Source of the DNA: Mayamaea pseudoterrestris
Lineage: Eukaryota
NCBI GenBank assembly: GCA_027923505.1
Contig: BROI01000022.1
Location: 62,001-126,000 of the forward strand
Direction: 5' to 3'
Length of the DNA stretch: 64,000 bases
Below are positions 47,972 to 60,008 of the stretch, one piece after another (the stretch's first letter is position 1; every line of letters begins with the position of its first letter). Under the pieces are notes generated by a model that worked only from the letters and a program-made list of their open reading frames with translations, was not told the origin of the DNA and ran no database searches. The translations under genes were made by a program, and so were the position numbers.

Positions 47972-50900
47972 GTCTCCCTTGCCACGTGAGGTGCACCGCC
48001 AGCTGATCCAACAAGTTGTTGGATTTAATTAGTCTCACCACGGCATTCACAGTGATGGATGCAGAGGTGCAACTGACCAACTTACGGCCCATCATTGAAA
48101 ACAAACATGATTTGAAAGAAGTTGGAGGGCTCAGCGGGAAATGCCAATGATCCCTGCAGCCAAAAAGGGAGCAGGTCTGGCACATTCAACCATTGGTTGA
48201 ATGTGCCAGACAGTGATGGATGCTGAGGTGCAACTGACCATCTTATGGCCCATCATTGACAACAAACATGATTTGAGAGAAATTGGAGGGCTCAGCGGGC
48301 AATTCTGATGATCCCTGCTGCCAAAAAGGGAGCAGTGCTGGCACATTCAACAACTTGTTGAATGTGCTCAGTCTCTTGCCATAGTGATGGCTTCCATGCC
48401 CAAATGAACAACTCCATGAGTCCCAACCAATGTTCAAGTCCATATTGGTTGTATTATAGGGTCTGCAGGCCATTTTGGAAGTCTCAATTGCCACGTGAGG
48501 TGCACCGCTAGCAGATCCAACAAGTTGTTGGATCTGCTCAGTCTCACCATGGTATTCACAGTGATGGATGCTGAGGTGCAACAAACCAACTTATGGCCCA
48601 TTATTGACAACAAACATGATTTGAAAGAAATTGGAGGGCTCAGCGGGCAATTCTGATGATCCCTGCTGCCAAAATTGGGCAGTGCTGGCACATTCAACAA
48701 CAAGTTGAATGTGCTCAGTCTCTTGCCATAGTGATGGCTTCCACGCCCAAATGGTCAAGTCTATGAGTCCCAATCAATGTTCAAGTCCATATTGGTTGTA
48801 TTATGGGGTCTGCAGCCCATTTTGTAAGTCTCCCTTGCCACTTGAGGTGCACCTCTAGCAGATCCAACAAGTTGTTGGATCTGCTCAGTCTCACCATGGC
48901 ATTCACAGTGAGGATGCTGAGGTGCAACAAACCATCTTATGGCCCATCGTTGACAATAAACATGATTTGACATAAATTGGAGGGCTCAGCGGGCAATTCT
49001 GATGATCCCTGCAGCCAAAAAGGGAGCAGTGCTGGCACATTCAACAACTTGTTGAATGTGCTCAGTCTCTTGCCATAGTGATGGCTTCCACGCCCAAATG
49101 GACAAGTCTATAAGTCCCAATCAATGTTCAAGTCCATATTGGTTGTTTAATGGGTCTACAGGTCATTTTGGAAGTCTCACTTGCCACGTGAGGTGCACCG
49201 CTAGCAGATCCAACAAGTTGAGCAGTGCTGGCACATTCAACAACAAGTTGAATGTGCTCAGTCTCTTGCCATAGTGATGGCTTCCACGCCCAAATGGTCA
49301 AGTCTATGAGTCCCAATCAATGTTCAAGTCCATATTGGTTGTATTATGGGGTCTGCAGCCCATTTTGTAAGTCTCCCTTGCCACTTGAGGTGCACCTCTA
49401 GCAGATCCAACAAGTTGTTGGATCTGCTCAGTCTCACCATGGCATTCACAGTGATGGATGCTGAGGTGCAACAAACCATCTTATGGCCCATCGTTGACAA
49501 TAAACATGATTTGACATAAATTGGAGGGCTCAGCGGGCAATTCTGATGATCCCTGCAGCCAAAAAGGGAGCAGTGCTGGCACATTCAACAACTTGTTGAA
49601 TGTGCTCAGTCTCTTGCCAAAGTGATGGCTTCCGCGCCCAAATGGACAAGTCTATAAGTCCCAATCAATGTTCAAGTCCATATTGGTTGTTTAATGGGTC
49701 TACAGGTCATTTTGGAAGTCTCACTTGCCACGTGAGGTGCACCGCTAGCAGATCCAACAAGTTTATACCATGGATGTGAGGTGCACTGACCATCTTATGG
49801 CCCATCATTGACAACAAACATGATTGAAATTGAAGGGCCAGTAAAGCCGGTCTATGTAGTCCCAATCAATGTTCAAGTCCATATTGGTTGTTTTATGGGT
49901 CTGCAGGCCATTTTGGAAGTCTCACTTGCCACGTGAGGTGCACCGCTAGCATATCCAACAAGTTGTTGGATCTGCCATCTCACGCACTGTGGCATTCACA
50001 TGTGATGGATGCTGAGGTGCAACTGACCATCTTATGAGCCCATCATTGACAACAATACATGATTTGACAGAAATTGAGGGAGGGGTCAGTGGGCAATTGC
50101 TGATGATCCCTGCAGCCAAAAGGGATCAGTGCTGGCACATTCAACAACTTGTTGAATGCGCAGCCCAGTGATGGAAGCTTCCACGCCCAAATGGACAAGT
50201 CTATGAGTCCCAATCAATGTTCAAGTCCATATTGGTTGTATTATGGGGTCTGCAGGTCATTTTGGAAGTCTCTGTCCACGTGAGGTGCACCGCTAGCAGA
50301 TCCAACAAGTTGTTGGATCTGCTCTCACATGCGTACATGGTGATGGATGCTGAGGTGCAAAAAACCATCTTATGGCCCATCAATGACAACAAACATGATT
50401 TGACATAAATTGGAGGGCTCAGCGGGCAATTCTGATGATCCCTGCAGCCAAAAAGGGAGCAGTGCTGGCACATTCAACAACTTGTTGAATGTGCTCAGTC
50501 TCTTGCCATAGTGATGGCTTCCACGCCCAAATGGACAAGTCTATGAGTCCCAACCAATATTCAAGTCCATATTGGTTGTATTATGGGTCTACAGGTCATT
50601 TTGGAAGTCTCACTTGCCACGTGAGGTGCACCGCTAGCAGATCCAACAAGTTGTTGGATGTGCTCTTACGCACTGTGGCATACATGGTGATGGATGCTGA
50701 GGTGCAACTGACCATCTTATGGCCCATCATTGACAACATACATGATTTGAGAGAAATTGGAGGGCTCAGCGGGCAATTCTGATGATCCCTGCTGCCAAAA
50801 TTGGGCAGTGCTGGCACATTCAACAACTTGTTGAATGTGCTCAGTCTCTTGCCATAATGATGGCTTCCACACCCAAATGAACAAGTCTATGAGTCCCAGT

Positions 50901-53900
50901 CAATGTTCAAGTCCATATTGGTTGTATTATGGGTCTGCAGGCCATTTTGGAAGTCTCACTTGCCACGTGAGGTGCACCGCTAGCAGATCCAACAAGTTAT
51001 TGGATCTGCTTGGATGCTGAGGTGTAACTGTCCAGCTTATGGCCCCTCATTGACAACAAACATGATTCGACAGAAATTGGAGGGCTCAGCGGGCAATTCT
51101 GATGATCCCTGCTGCCAAAATGGGAGCAGGGCTGGCACATTCAACAACTTGTTTAATGTGCGCAGTCTCTTGCCATAGTGATGGCTTCCACACCCAAATA
51201 AACAAGTCTATGAGTCCCAACCAATGTTCAAGTCCATATTGGTTGTATTATGGGTCTGCAGGCCATTTTGGAAGTCTCACTTGCCACGTGAGGTGCACCG
51301 CTAGCAGATCCAACAAGTTGTTGGATCTGCTAGTCCCAATCAATGTTCAAGTCCATATTGGTTGTTTTATGGGTCTGCAGGCCATTTTGGAAGTCTCACT
51401 TGCCACGTGAGGTGCACCGCTAGCATATCCAACAAGTTGTTGGATCTGCCATCTCACGCACTGTGGCATTCACATGTGATGGATGCTGAGGTGCAACTGA
51501 CCATCTTATGAGCCCATCATTGACAACAATACATGATTTGACAGAAATTGAGGGAGGGGTCAGTGGGCAATTGCTGATGATCCCTGCAGCCAAAAGGGAT
51601 CAGTGCTGGCACATTCAACAACTTGTTGAATGCGCAGCCCAGTGATGGAAGCTTCCACGCCCAAATGGACAAGTCTATGAGTCCCAATCAATGTTCAAGT
51701 CCATATTGGTTGTATTTTGGGGTCTGCAGGTCATTTTGGAAGTCTCTGTCCACGTGAGGTGCACCGCTAGCAGATCCAACAAGTTGTTGGATCTGCTCTC
51801 ACATGCGTACATGGTGATGGATGCTGAGGTGCAAAAAACCATCTTATGGCCCATCAATGACAACAAACATGATTTGACATAAATTGGAGGGCTCAGCGGG
51901 CAATTCTGATGATCCCTGCAGCCAAAAAGGGAGCAGTGCTGGCACATTCAACAACTTGTTGAATGTGCTCAGTCTCTTGCCATAGTGATGGCTTCCACGC
52001 CCAAATGGACAAGTCTATGAGTCCCAACCAATATTCAAGTCCATATTGGTTGTATTATGGGTCTACAGGTCATTTTGGAAGTCTCACTTGCCACGTGAGG
52101 TGCACCGCTAGCAGATCCAACAAGTTGTTGGATGTGCTCTTACGCACTGTGGCATACATGGTGATGGATGCTGAGGTGCAACTGACCATCTTATGGCCCA
52201 TCATTGACAACATACATGATTTGAGAGAAATTGGAGGGCTCAGCGGGCAATTCTGATGATCCCTGCTGCCAAAATTGGGCAGTGCTGGCACATTCAACAA
52301 CTTGTTGAATGTGCTCAGTCTCTTGCCATAATGATGGCTTCCACACCCAAATGAACAAGTCTATGAGTCCCAGTCAATGTTCAAGTCCATATTGGTTGTA
52401 TTATGGGTCTGCAGGCCATTTTGGAAGTCTCACTTGCCACGTGAGGTGCACCGCTAGCAGATCCAACAAGTTATTGGATCTGCTTGGATGCTGAGGTGTA
52501 ACTGTCCAGCTTATGGCCCCTCATTGACAACAAACATGATTCGACAGAAATTGGAGGGCTCAGCGGGCAATTCTGATGATCCCTGCTGCCAAAATGGGAG
52601 CAGGGCTGGCACATTCAACAACTTGTTTAATGTGCGCAGTCTCTTGCCATAGTGATGGCTTCCACACCCAAATAAACAAGTCTATGAGTCCCAACCAATG
52701 TTCAAGTCCATATTGGTTGTATTATGGGTCTGCAGGCCATTTTGGAAGTCTCACTTGCCACGTGAGGTGCACCGCTAGCAGATCCAACAAGTTGTTGGAT
52801 CTGCTCAGTCTCACCATGGCATTCACAGTGATGGATGCTGAGGTGCAACTGACCATCTTATGGCCCATCATTGACAACAATCATGATTTGAGAGAAATTG
52901 GAGGGCTCAGTGGGCAATTCTGATGATCCTTGCAGCCAAAAAGGGAGTAGTGCTGGCACATTCAACAACTTGTTGAATGTGCTCAGTCTCTTGCCATAGT
53001 GATGGCTTCCACGCCCAAATGGTCAAGTCTATGAGTCCCAATCAATATTCAAGTCCATATTGGTTGTATTATGGGGTCTACAGGTCATTTTGGAAGTCTC
53101 ACTTGCCACGTGAGGTGCACCGCTAGCAGATCCAACAAGTTGTTGGATGTGCTCTTACGCACTGTGGCATACATGGTGATGGATGCTGAGGTGCAAGGAA
53201 ACATCTTATGGCCCATCATTGACAACAAACATGATTTGACATAAATTGGAGGGCTCAGCGGGCAATGCCAATGATCCCTGCAGCCAAAAAGGGAGCAGGG
53301 CTGGCACATTCAACCATTAATTGAATGTACGGAGTCTCAGGGCATGATGAAAGCTTCCACGCCCAAATGGACAAGCCTATGAGTCCCAATCAATGTTCAA
53401 GTCCATATTGGTTGTATTATGGGTCTGCAGGCCATTTTGGAAGTCTCACTTGCCACGTGAGGTGCACCGCTAGCAGATCCAACAAGTTGTTGGATGTGCT
53501 CTTACGCACTGTGGCATACATGGTGATGGATGCTGAGGTGCAACTGACCATCTTATGGCCCATCATTGACAACAAACATGATTTGAGAGAAATTGGAGGG
53601 CTCAGCGGGCAATTCTGATGATCCCTGCAGCCAAAAAGGGAGCAGGGCTGGCACATTCAACCATTAATTGAATGTACGGAGTCTCAGGGCATGATGAAAG
53701 CTTCCACGCCCAAATGGACAAGGCTATGAGTCCCAATCAATGTTCAAGTCCATATTAGCTGTATTATGGGACTACAGGTCATTTTGGAAGTCTCACTTGC
53801 CACGTGAGGTGCACCGCTAGCAGATCCAACAAGTTGTTGGATGTGCTCTTACGCACTGTGGCATACATGGTGATGGATGCTGAGGTGCAACTGACCATCT

Positions 53901-55906
53901 TATGGCCCATCATTGACAACAAACATATTTTGACATAAATTGGAGGTTTCAGTGGGCAATGCCAATGATCCCTGCAGCCAAAAAGGGAGCAGGGCTGGCA
54001 CAGTCAACCATTAATTGAATGTACGGAGTCTCAGGGCATGATGAAAGCTTCCACGCCCAAATGGACAAGTCTATGAGTCCCAATCAATGTTCAAGTCCAT
54101 ATTGGTTGTATTATGGGGTCTGCAGGCCATTTTGGAAGTCTCAGTTGCCACTTGAGGTGCACTGCTAGCAGATCCAACAAGTTATTGGATCTGCTTGGAT
54201 GCTGAGGTGCAACTGTCCAGCTTATGGCCCCTCATTGACAACAAACAAGATTTGACAGAAATTGAAGGGCTCAGCGGGCAATTCTGATCATCCCTGCTGC
54301 CAAAATGGGGCAGTGCTGGCACATTCAACAACTTGTTGAATGTGCTCAGTCTCTTGCCATAGTGATGGCTTCCACGCCCAAATGGACAAGTCTATGAGTC
54401 CCAATCAATGTTCAAGTCCATATTGGTTGTATTATGGGTCTGCAGGCTATTTTGGAAGTCATACTTGCCACGTGAGGTGCACCTCTAGCAGATCCAACAA
54501 GTTGTTGGATCTGCTCAGTCTCACCATGGCATTCACAGTGATGGATGCTGAGGTGCAACTGACCATCTTATGGCCCATCATTGACAAAAATCATGATTTG
54601 TGAGAGATTGGAGGTCTCAGCGGGCAATTCAGATGATCCCTGCAGCCAAAAAGGGAGCAGTGCTGGCACATTGAATAACTTGTTGAATGTGCTCAGTCTC
54701 TTGCCATAGTGATGGCTTCCACGCCCAAATGGACAAGTCTATGAGTCCCAACCAATGTTCAAGTCCAGATTGGTTGTATTATAGGGTCTGCAGCCCATTT
54801 TGGAAGTCTCCCTTGCCACTTGAGGTGCACCGCTAGCAGATCCAACAAGTTGTTGGATGTGCTCTTACGCACTGTGGCATACATGGTGATGGATGCTGAG
54901 GTGCAACTGACCATCATATGGCCCATCATTGACAACAATCATGATTTGAGAGAAATTGAAGGGCTCAGCGGGCAATTCTGATGATCCCTGCAGCCAAAAA
55001 GGGAGCAGTGCTGGCACATTCAACAACTTGTTGAATGTGCTCAGTCTCTTGCCATAGTGATGGCTTCCACGCCCAAATGGACAAGTCTATGAGTCCCAAT
55101 CAATGTTCAAGTCCATATTGGTTGTATTATGGGTCTACAGGTCATTTTGGAAGTCTCACTTGCCACGTGAGGTGCACCGCTAGCAGATCCAACAAGTTGT
55201 TGGATGTGCTCTTACGCACTGTGGCATACATGGTGATGAATGCTGAGGTGCAAGGAAACATCTTATGGCCCATCATTGACAACAATCATGATTTGAGAGA
55301 AATTGAAGGGCTCAGCGGGCAATTCTGATGATCCCTGCAGCCAAAAAGGGAGCAGGGCTGGCACATTCAACCATTAATTGAATGTACGGAATCTCAGGGC
55401 ATGATGAAAGCTTCCACGCCCAAATGGACAAGTCTATGAGTCCCAATCAATGTTCAAGTCCATATTGGTTGTATTATGGGGTCTGCAGGCCATTTTGGAA
55501 GTCTCACTTGCCACGTGAGGTGCACCGCTAGCAGATCCAACAAGTTGTTGGATCTGCTCAGTCTCACCATGGCATTCACAGTGATGGATGCTGAGGTGCA
55601 ACTGACCATCTTATGGCCCATCATTGACAACAAACATAATTTGAAAGAAGTTGGGCAATGCCAATGATCCCTGCAGCCAAAAAAGGGAGCAGGGCTGGCA
55701 CATTCAACCATTGGTTGAATGTGCGGAGTCTCCGGGCATGGTGATGGCTTCCACACCCAAAAATACAAGTCTATGAGTCCCAATCAATGTTCAAGTCCAT
55801 ATTGGTTGTAATATAGGGTCTGCAGGCCATTTTGGAAGTCTCACTTGCCACTTGAGGTGCACCGCTAGCAGATCCAGCATGTTGTTGGATCTGCTCAGTC
55901 TCACCA
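47972..55906. repeat. Tandem satellite array B, 347-bp unit (~23 copies) with two palindromes per unit
   Basis: Palindrome centres at 48354, 48701, 49048 (347-bp spacing); second palindrome centred at 48524. Confidence 0.97.
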
Positions 55907-55911
55907 CAAGA

Positions 55912-56870
55912 CTTACCGCTAGCATGTTCCAAGTATAGCCAAATGGAATTGATGGAGCAAGACTACAGATGGGGTGAAGTTTTAATGCCATGCACTGTAG
56001 CACCCTGAGGCTGGTTCCCGTGTGGATGTCTGAACTGCCCTCCCATACCGTAGCTGCTTGGAATCAGCTATGGATGATTTATATGCACCAAACTCACCGC
56101 AAGCATGTCCCCAAGCATAGCAAAACAGTTTGATGGAGCATGACTGCAATTGGGGGAAGGTTTGTTAGGGCACTGTAGCACCATGGAGCTGGTCTGTGTG
56201 GATGTATGAACTGCCCTCCCATACCAGTACTGTAGCTGCTTGGAATCAGCTATGGATGATTTATATGCACCAAACTCACCGCAAGCATGTCCCCAAGCAT
56301 AGCAAAACAGTTTGATGGAGCAGCACTACAATTGGGGGAAGGTTTGTTAGGGCACTGTAGCACCATGGAGCTGGTCTGTGTGGATGTATGAACTGCCCTC
56401 CCATACCGGTACCGTAGCTGCTTGGAATCAGCTTTGGATGATTTTTTGCAACAATCTCACCGCAAGCATGTCCTTAAGCATAGTTAAGCAGGATTGATGG
56501 AACAAGACTACAATTGGGGGTAGATTTGAAAGGCCATGCACTGTAGCACCATGTGGCTGGTACGTGTGTGGATGTCTGGATTGCCCTCCCATACCATTGC
56601 TGCTAGGAATCAGTTATGGATTATGTTTTGCACCAATCTCACCGTAAGCTTGTTTACAAGCGTAGCCAAACAGGATTGATGGAACAAGACTACAATTGGG
56701 GGTAGACTTGGAAGGCCATGCATTGTACCACCATGGAGCTGGTTTCTGTGTGAATGTCTGAACTGCCCTCCCATACCGTAGCTGCTTGGAATCAACTTTG
56801 GATGATTTTTTTGCAACAATCTCACCACAAGCATGTCACCAAGCATAAACAAACAGGATTGATAGCTGAT
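55912..56870. repeat. Tandem satellite C, ~182-bp unit, ~5 copies
   Basis: AAGCATGT-like anchor at ~55920, 56101, 56283, 56464, 56646, 56829. Confidence 0.93.
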
Positions 56871-56875
56871 AGTAA

Positions 56876-57190
56876 TTGGAGCCTGATAGGTGTTTGGCAG
56901 TCAGCTGGTGTGGTCGTTTCCACACTTTCTCTGGAGCATTGGCCTGAGCTGGCCAGAGCCTGGGGCATGAAATCCATTCCATGGGATATAGAACAGTCAC
57001 TTACATATATATTTTGGGTTTGTGCGCAAGAATGAATCATTCCATGGGTGTGTGGATGCCAGAGCAAGTGGCATATAGCAGGAACAATGGCTAGGCCCAT
57101 CAGTTTACGGTTCATAAAACAATAAAATGGAGACTATACTGTGCCATGACGCCATCCCACTACCATATCCATCCTTTTGCACTTCCAAAA
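56876..57190 (+). repeat. ~310-bp direct repeat, copy 1 (copy 2 at 59456-59763)
   Basis: TTGGAGCCTG...TTTCCACACTTTCTCTGGAGCATTGGCCTGAGC...CCATATCCATCCTTT.GCACTTCC aligns by eye with 59456-59763. Confidence 0.9.
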
Positions 57191-57549
57191 AATAGCATAT
57201 TCGGTCTGACCTCGTCAGATCGGTCCCTTCCCCCTGCTGCAAGGTGGAAATTCCGGCGCGCAAAACACGTTTTCGGTACAAGGTCTACACAAATTTCTAC
57301 CCAGACAAAGCCTCTCGGGACTCGATAACGGTCAGCGGATTTCTTAGGAACTGTACCAGTATGACGCACCGGTACCGGTACACAAGCATGGAACGACATG
57401 ACCGCCGGTGCTACGGTACTACACACTCACCGGGCATGATTGCATAGAAGCTAACAAGCAGGCCTTGTAATAGCAGCTCAAGAGGCATGGGCCTACCTTC
57501 AAAATGCATGAATGTAGTTCAACTCCTTGTCACCAAGATTGTCATCCTG

Positions 57550-59260
57550 TGAGGCTCCCAATCCAAGCAGCTCATCAAGTAGCCATTAAGTGAGACATCA
57601 TGTGACTCAAGCGCCAAGTCCAGTGAGTCACCTACCTCAAGACCAGTCTCTTTCCCAGTGCAGCACCAAGCTTGTCACCTTCTGTGCTCCCAGTTTCTCC
57701 CAGCACTCACCCCAGCAGCCTACCACCAAGTGTGCCATCAAATGTCCCCCTCTGTGGCTTCCAGTTTGTCTCCCAGCACTCACCCCAACAGCTTGCCATC
57801 AAGTGTGCCATCCAGGAAACCAGGTTCAGCGCGTCACTAGCCAGGAATCCCTCAGTGCCAAGGGAACAGTTGACTGCCACATTCAACCACTGGTTGATAT
57901 GTCCGTCTCAGTGCATAGTGATGCCTTCCTCACCCAAATGGCCAAGTCTATGAGCCCCACAGTGCAAGTCCATATTGTTGATCCTGCTCAAACCACTCAC
58001 CCAGCAGCTTGCATCCAAAAAGGTGCCACCTAGCGCAAACCCAGTCTCCTTCCCAGTGCTGCACCAAGTTTGTCCCCTCCGTAAATCACTGATTTTTTCC
58101 AAGCACTTAGCCCAGCAGCTTGCCATCAACCATGCCGTCAAGTGATCCAAGTGATCCAAGTGTACGTCACCTAGCCCAGGACCCAGTCTCCTTTCAGTGC
58201 AGCATCAGATTCTGGGTGTGTCTTCAGGCACTCAACCCAGCAGCTGGCCATCAAGTTTGCTGTTAAGTGATCCAAGCGCCAAGCCCAGTAAGTCACCTAG
58301 CTCAGTGCAGCATCATGCTTGTCCCCCTCTATTTTTGCCTCCAGGCACTCAGATAACCAGCTTGTTATCAAGTGTGCCATCAAGTGATCCAAGTGTCATG
58401 CCCAGTACAGTATGTCACCTAGTGCAAAGGACCCAGTCTTCTTTCAGTGCAGCATCAAGCTTGTCACCCTCTGGATTGTCTCCAAGCACTTAACCAAGCA
58501 GCATGCCATCAAGTTCACTATCAAGTGTTCCAAGTGTCGCACCCAGTACGTCACCTATCGCGGGACCCAGTCTCCTTTCAGTGCAGCATCAGGTTTGTCT
58601 TTCTCTGGGTTTGTCTTTAGGCATTCAACCCAGCAGCTGGCCATCAAGTTTGCTGTTAAGTGATCCAAGCGCCAAGCCCAGTAAGTCACCTAGCTCAGTG
58701 CAGCATCATGCTTGTCCCCCTCTATTTTTGCCTCCAGGCACTCAGATAACCAGCTTGTTATCAAGTGTGCCATCAAGTGATCCAAGTGTCACGCCCAGTA
58801 CAGTATGTCACCTAGTGCAAAGGACCCAGTCTTCTTTCAGTGCAGCATCAAGCTTGTCACCCTCTGGATTGTCTCCAAGCACTTAACCAAGCAGCTTGCC
58901 ATCAAGTTCACTCTCAAGTGATCCAAGTGTCACGCCCAGTACGTCACCTAGCGCAGGACCCAGTCTCCTTTCAGTGCAGCATCAGGTTTGTCTTTCTCTG
59001 GGTTTGTCTTTAGGCATTCAACCCAGCAGCTGGCCATCAAGTTTGCCATTAAGTGATCCAAGCACCAAGCCCAGTAAGTCACCTAGCTCAGTGCAGCATC
59101 ATGCTTGTCCCCCTCTATTTTTGCCTCCAGGCACTCAGATAACCAGCTTGCCATCAAGTGTGCCATCAAGTGATCCAAGTGTCATGCCCAGTACAATATG
59201 TCACCTAGTGCAAAGGACCCAGTCTTCTTTCAGTGCAGCATCAAGCTTGTCACCCTCTGA
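57550..59260 (+). repeat. Degenerate Pro/Ser-repeat-like tandem array D (~393-bp higher-order unit)
   Basis: AAGTCACCTAGCTCAGTGCAGCATCATG at ~58290, 58683, 59076. Translations give PSSxPSxxPS tracts broken by stops. Confidence 0.85.
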
Positions 59261-59455
59261 GATTGGTCCAAAATCATCCATAGCTGATTCCAAGCAGCTA
59301 CGGTAAGGGAGGGCAATTCAGACATCCACACAGGTACCAGCTCCATGCGACAGTGGAGACTATACCATGCCATGGCGCCCTTCCAATACCATGGCATGAC
59401 AAGATTGGCCTGTTTGATTGTTCAGTAATGCACTGAAGCCTCCTTCAGCAAGTGG

Positions 59456-59763
59456 TTGGAGCCTGGTTGGGGTTTGGCAGTCAACTGGTGTGGTTGTTTC
59501 CACACTTTCTCTGGAGCATTGGCCTGAGCTTGGCCAGAGCCTGGTGCATGAAATCCGATGTAGAACAGTCACTAACATATATTTTGGGTTTGTGCTCAAG
59601 AATGGATCATTCCAATGTGCTTGTGGGTGCCAGAGCAAGTGGCATATAGCAGGGACAATGGCTAGGCCCATCATTTTATGGTTCATAACACAATGAAATG
59701 GAGATTTATATTGTGCCATGGCGCCATCCCACTACCATATCCATCCTTTGGCACTTCCGAAAA
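59456..59763 (+). repeat. ~310-bp direct repeat, copy 2
   Basis: Aligns by eye with 56876-57190. Confidence 0.9.
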
Positions 59764-60008
59764 TTTGTTTTAAATTCTAAATAGCAGTTATCTCAGGTGT
59801 ACCTTGGCATCTGCCTGAAACGCTAAAGATCTGTCGTTCCGTTACTCGCTGCGTCACGCTTTTGCCGCGATGGCGCGCTTCGAAACAATCACATCGACGA
59901 CACGGCAGAGCAGCTTCGACTGTTGTCGCTGTGGAACCTACGAGTTTCCCATAAATACAGCTTATGCAAGACAAGGGTCTATGAAGGCAAAGCAGGCAGT
60001 GAGAATTT

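Noticed and set aside
47955..47980. Helitron 3' end (small hairpin + CTAG on the minus strand)
   Set aside because: Hairpin stem is only 4 bp and the base after CTAG is not T; too weak to call.
47972..55906. CRISPR-like regularly spaced palindromes
   Set aside because: The intervening sequences are themselves repeated rather than unique spacers, are ~140 bp long, there are no cas genes, and the context is eukaryotic.
56876..59763. LTR retrotransposon bounded by the ~310-bp direct repeats
   Set aside because: No TG...CA ends, primer-binding site, polypurine tract, target duplication or gag/pol remnants recognised.
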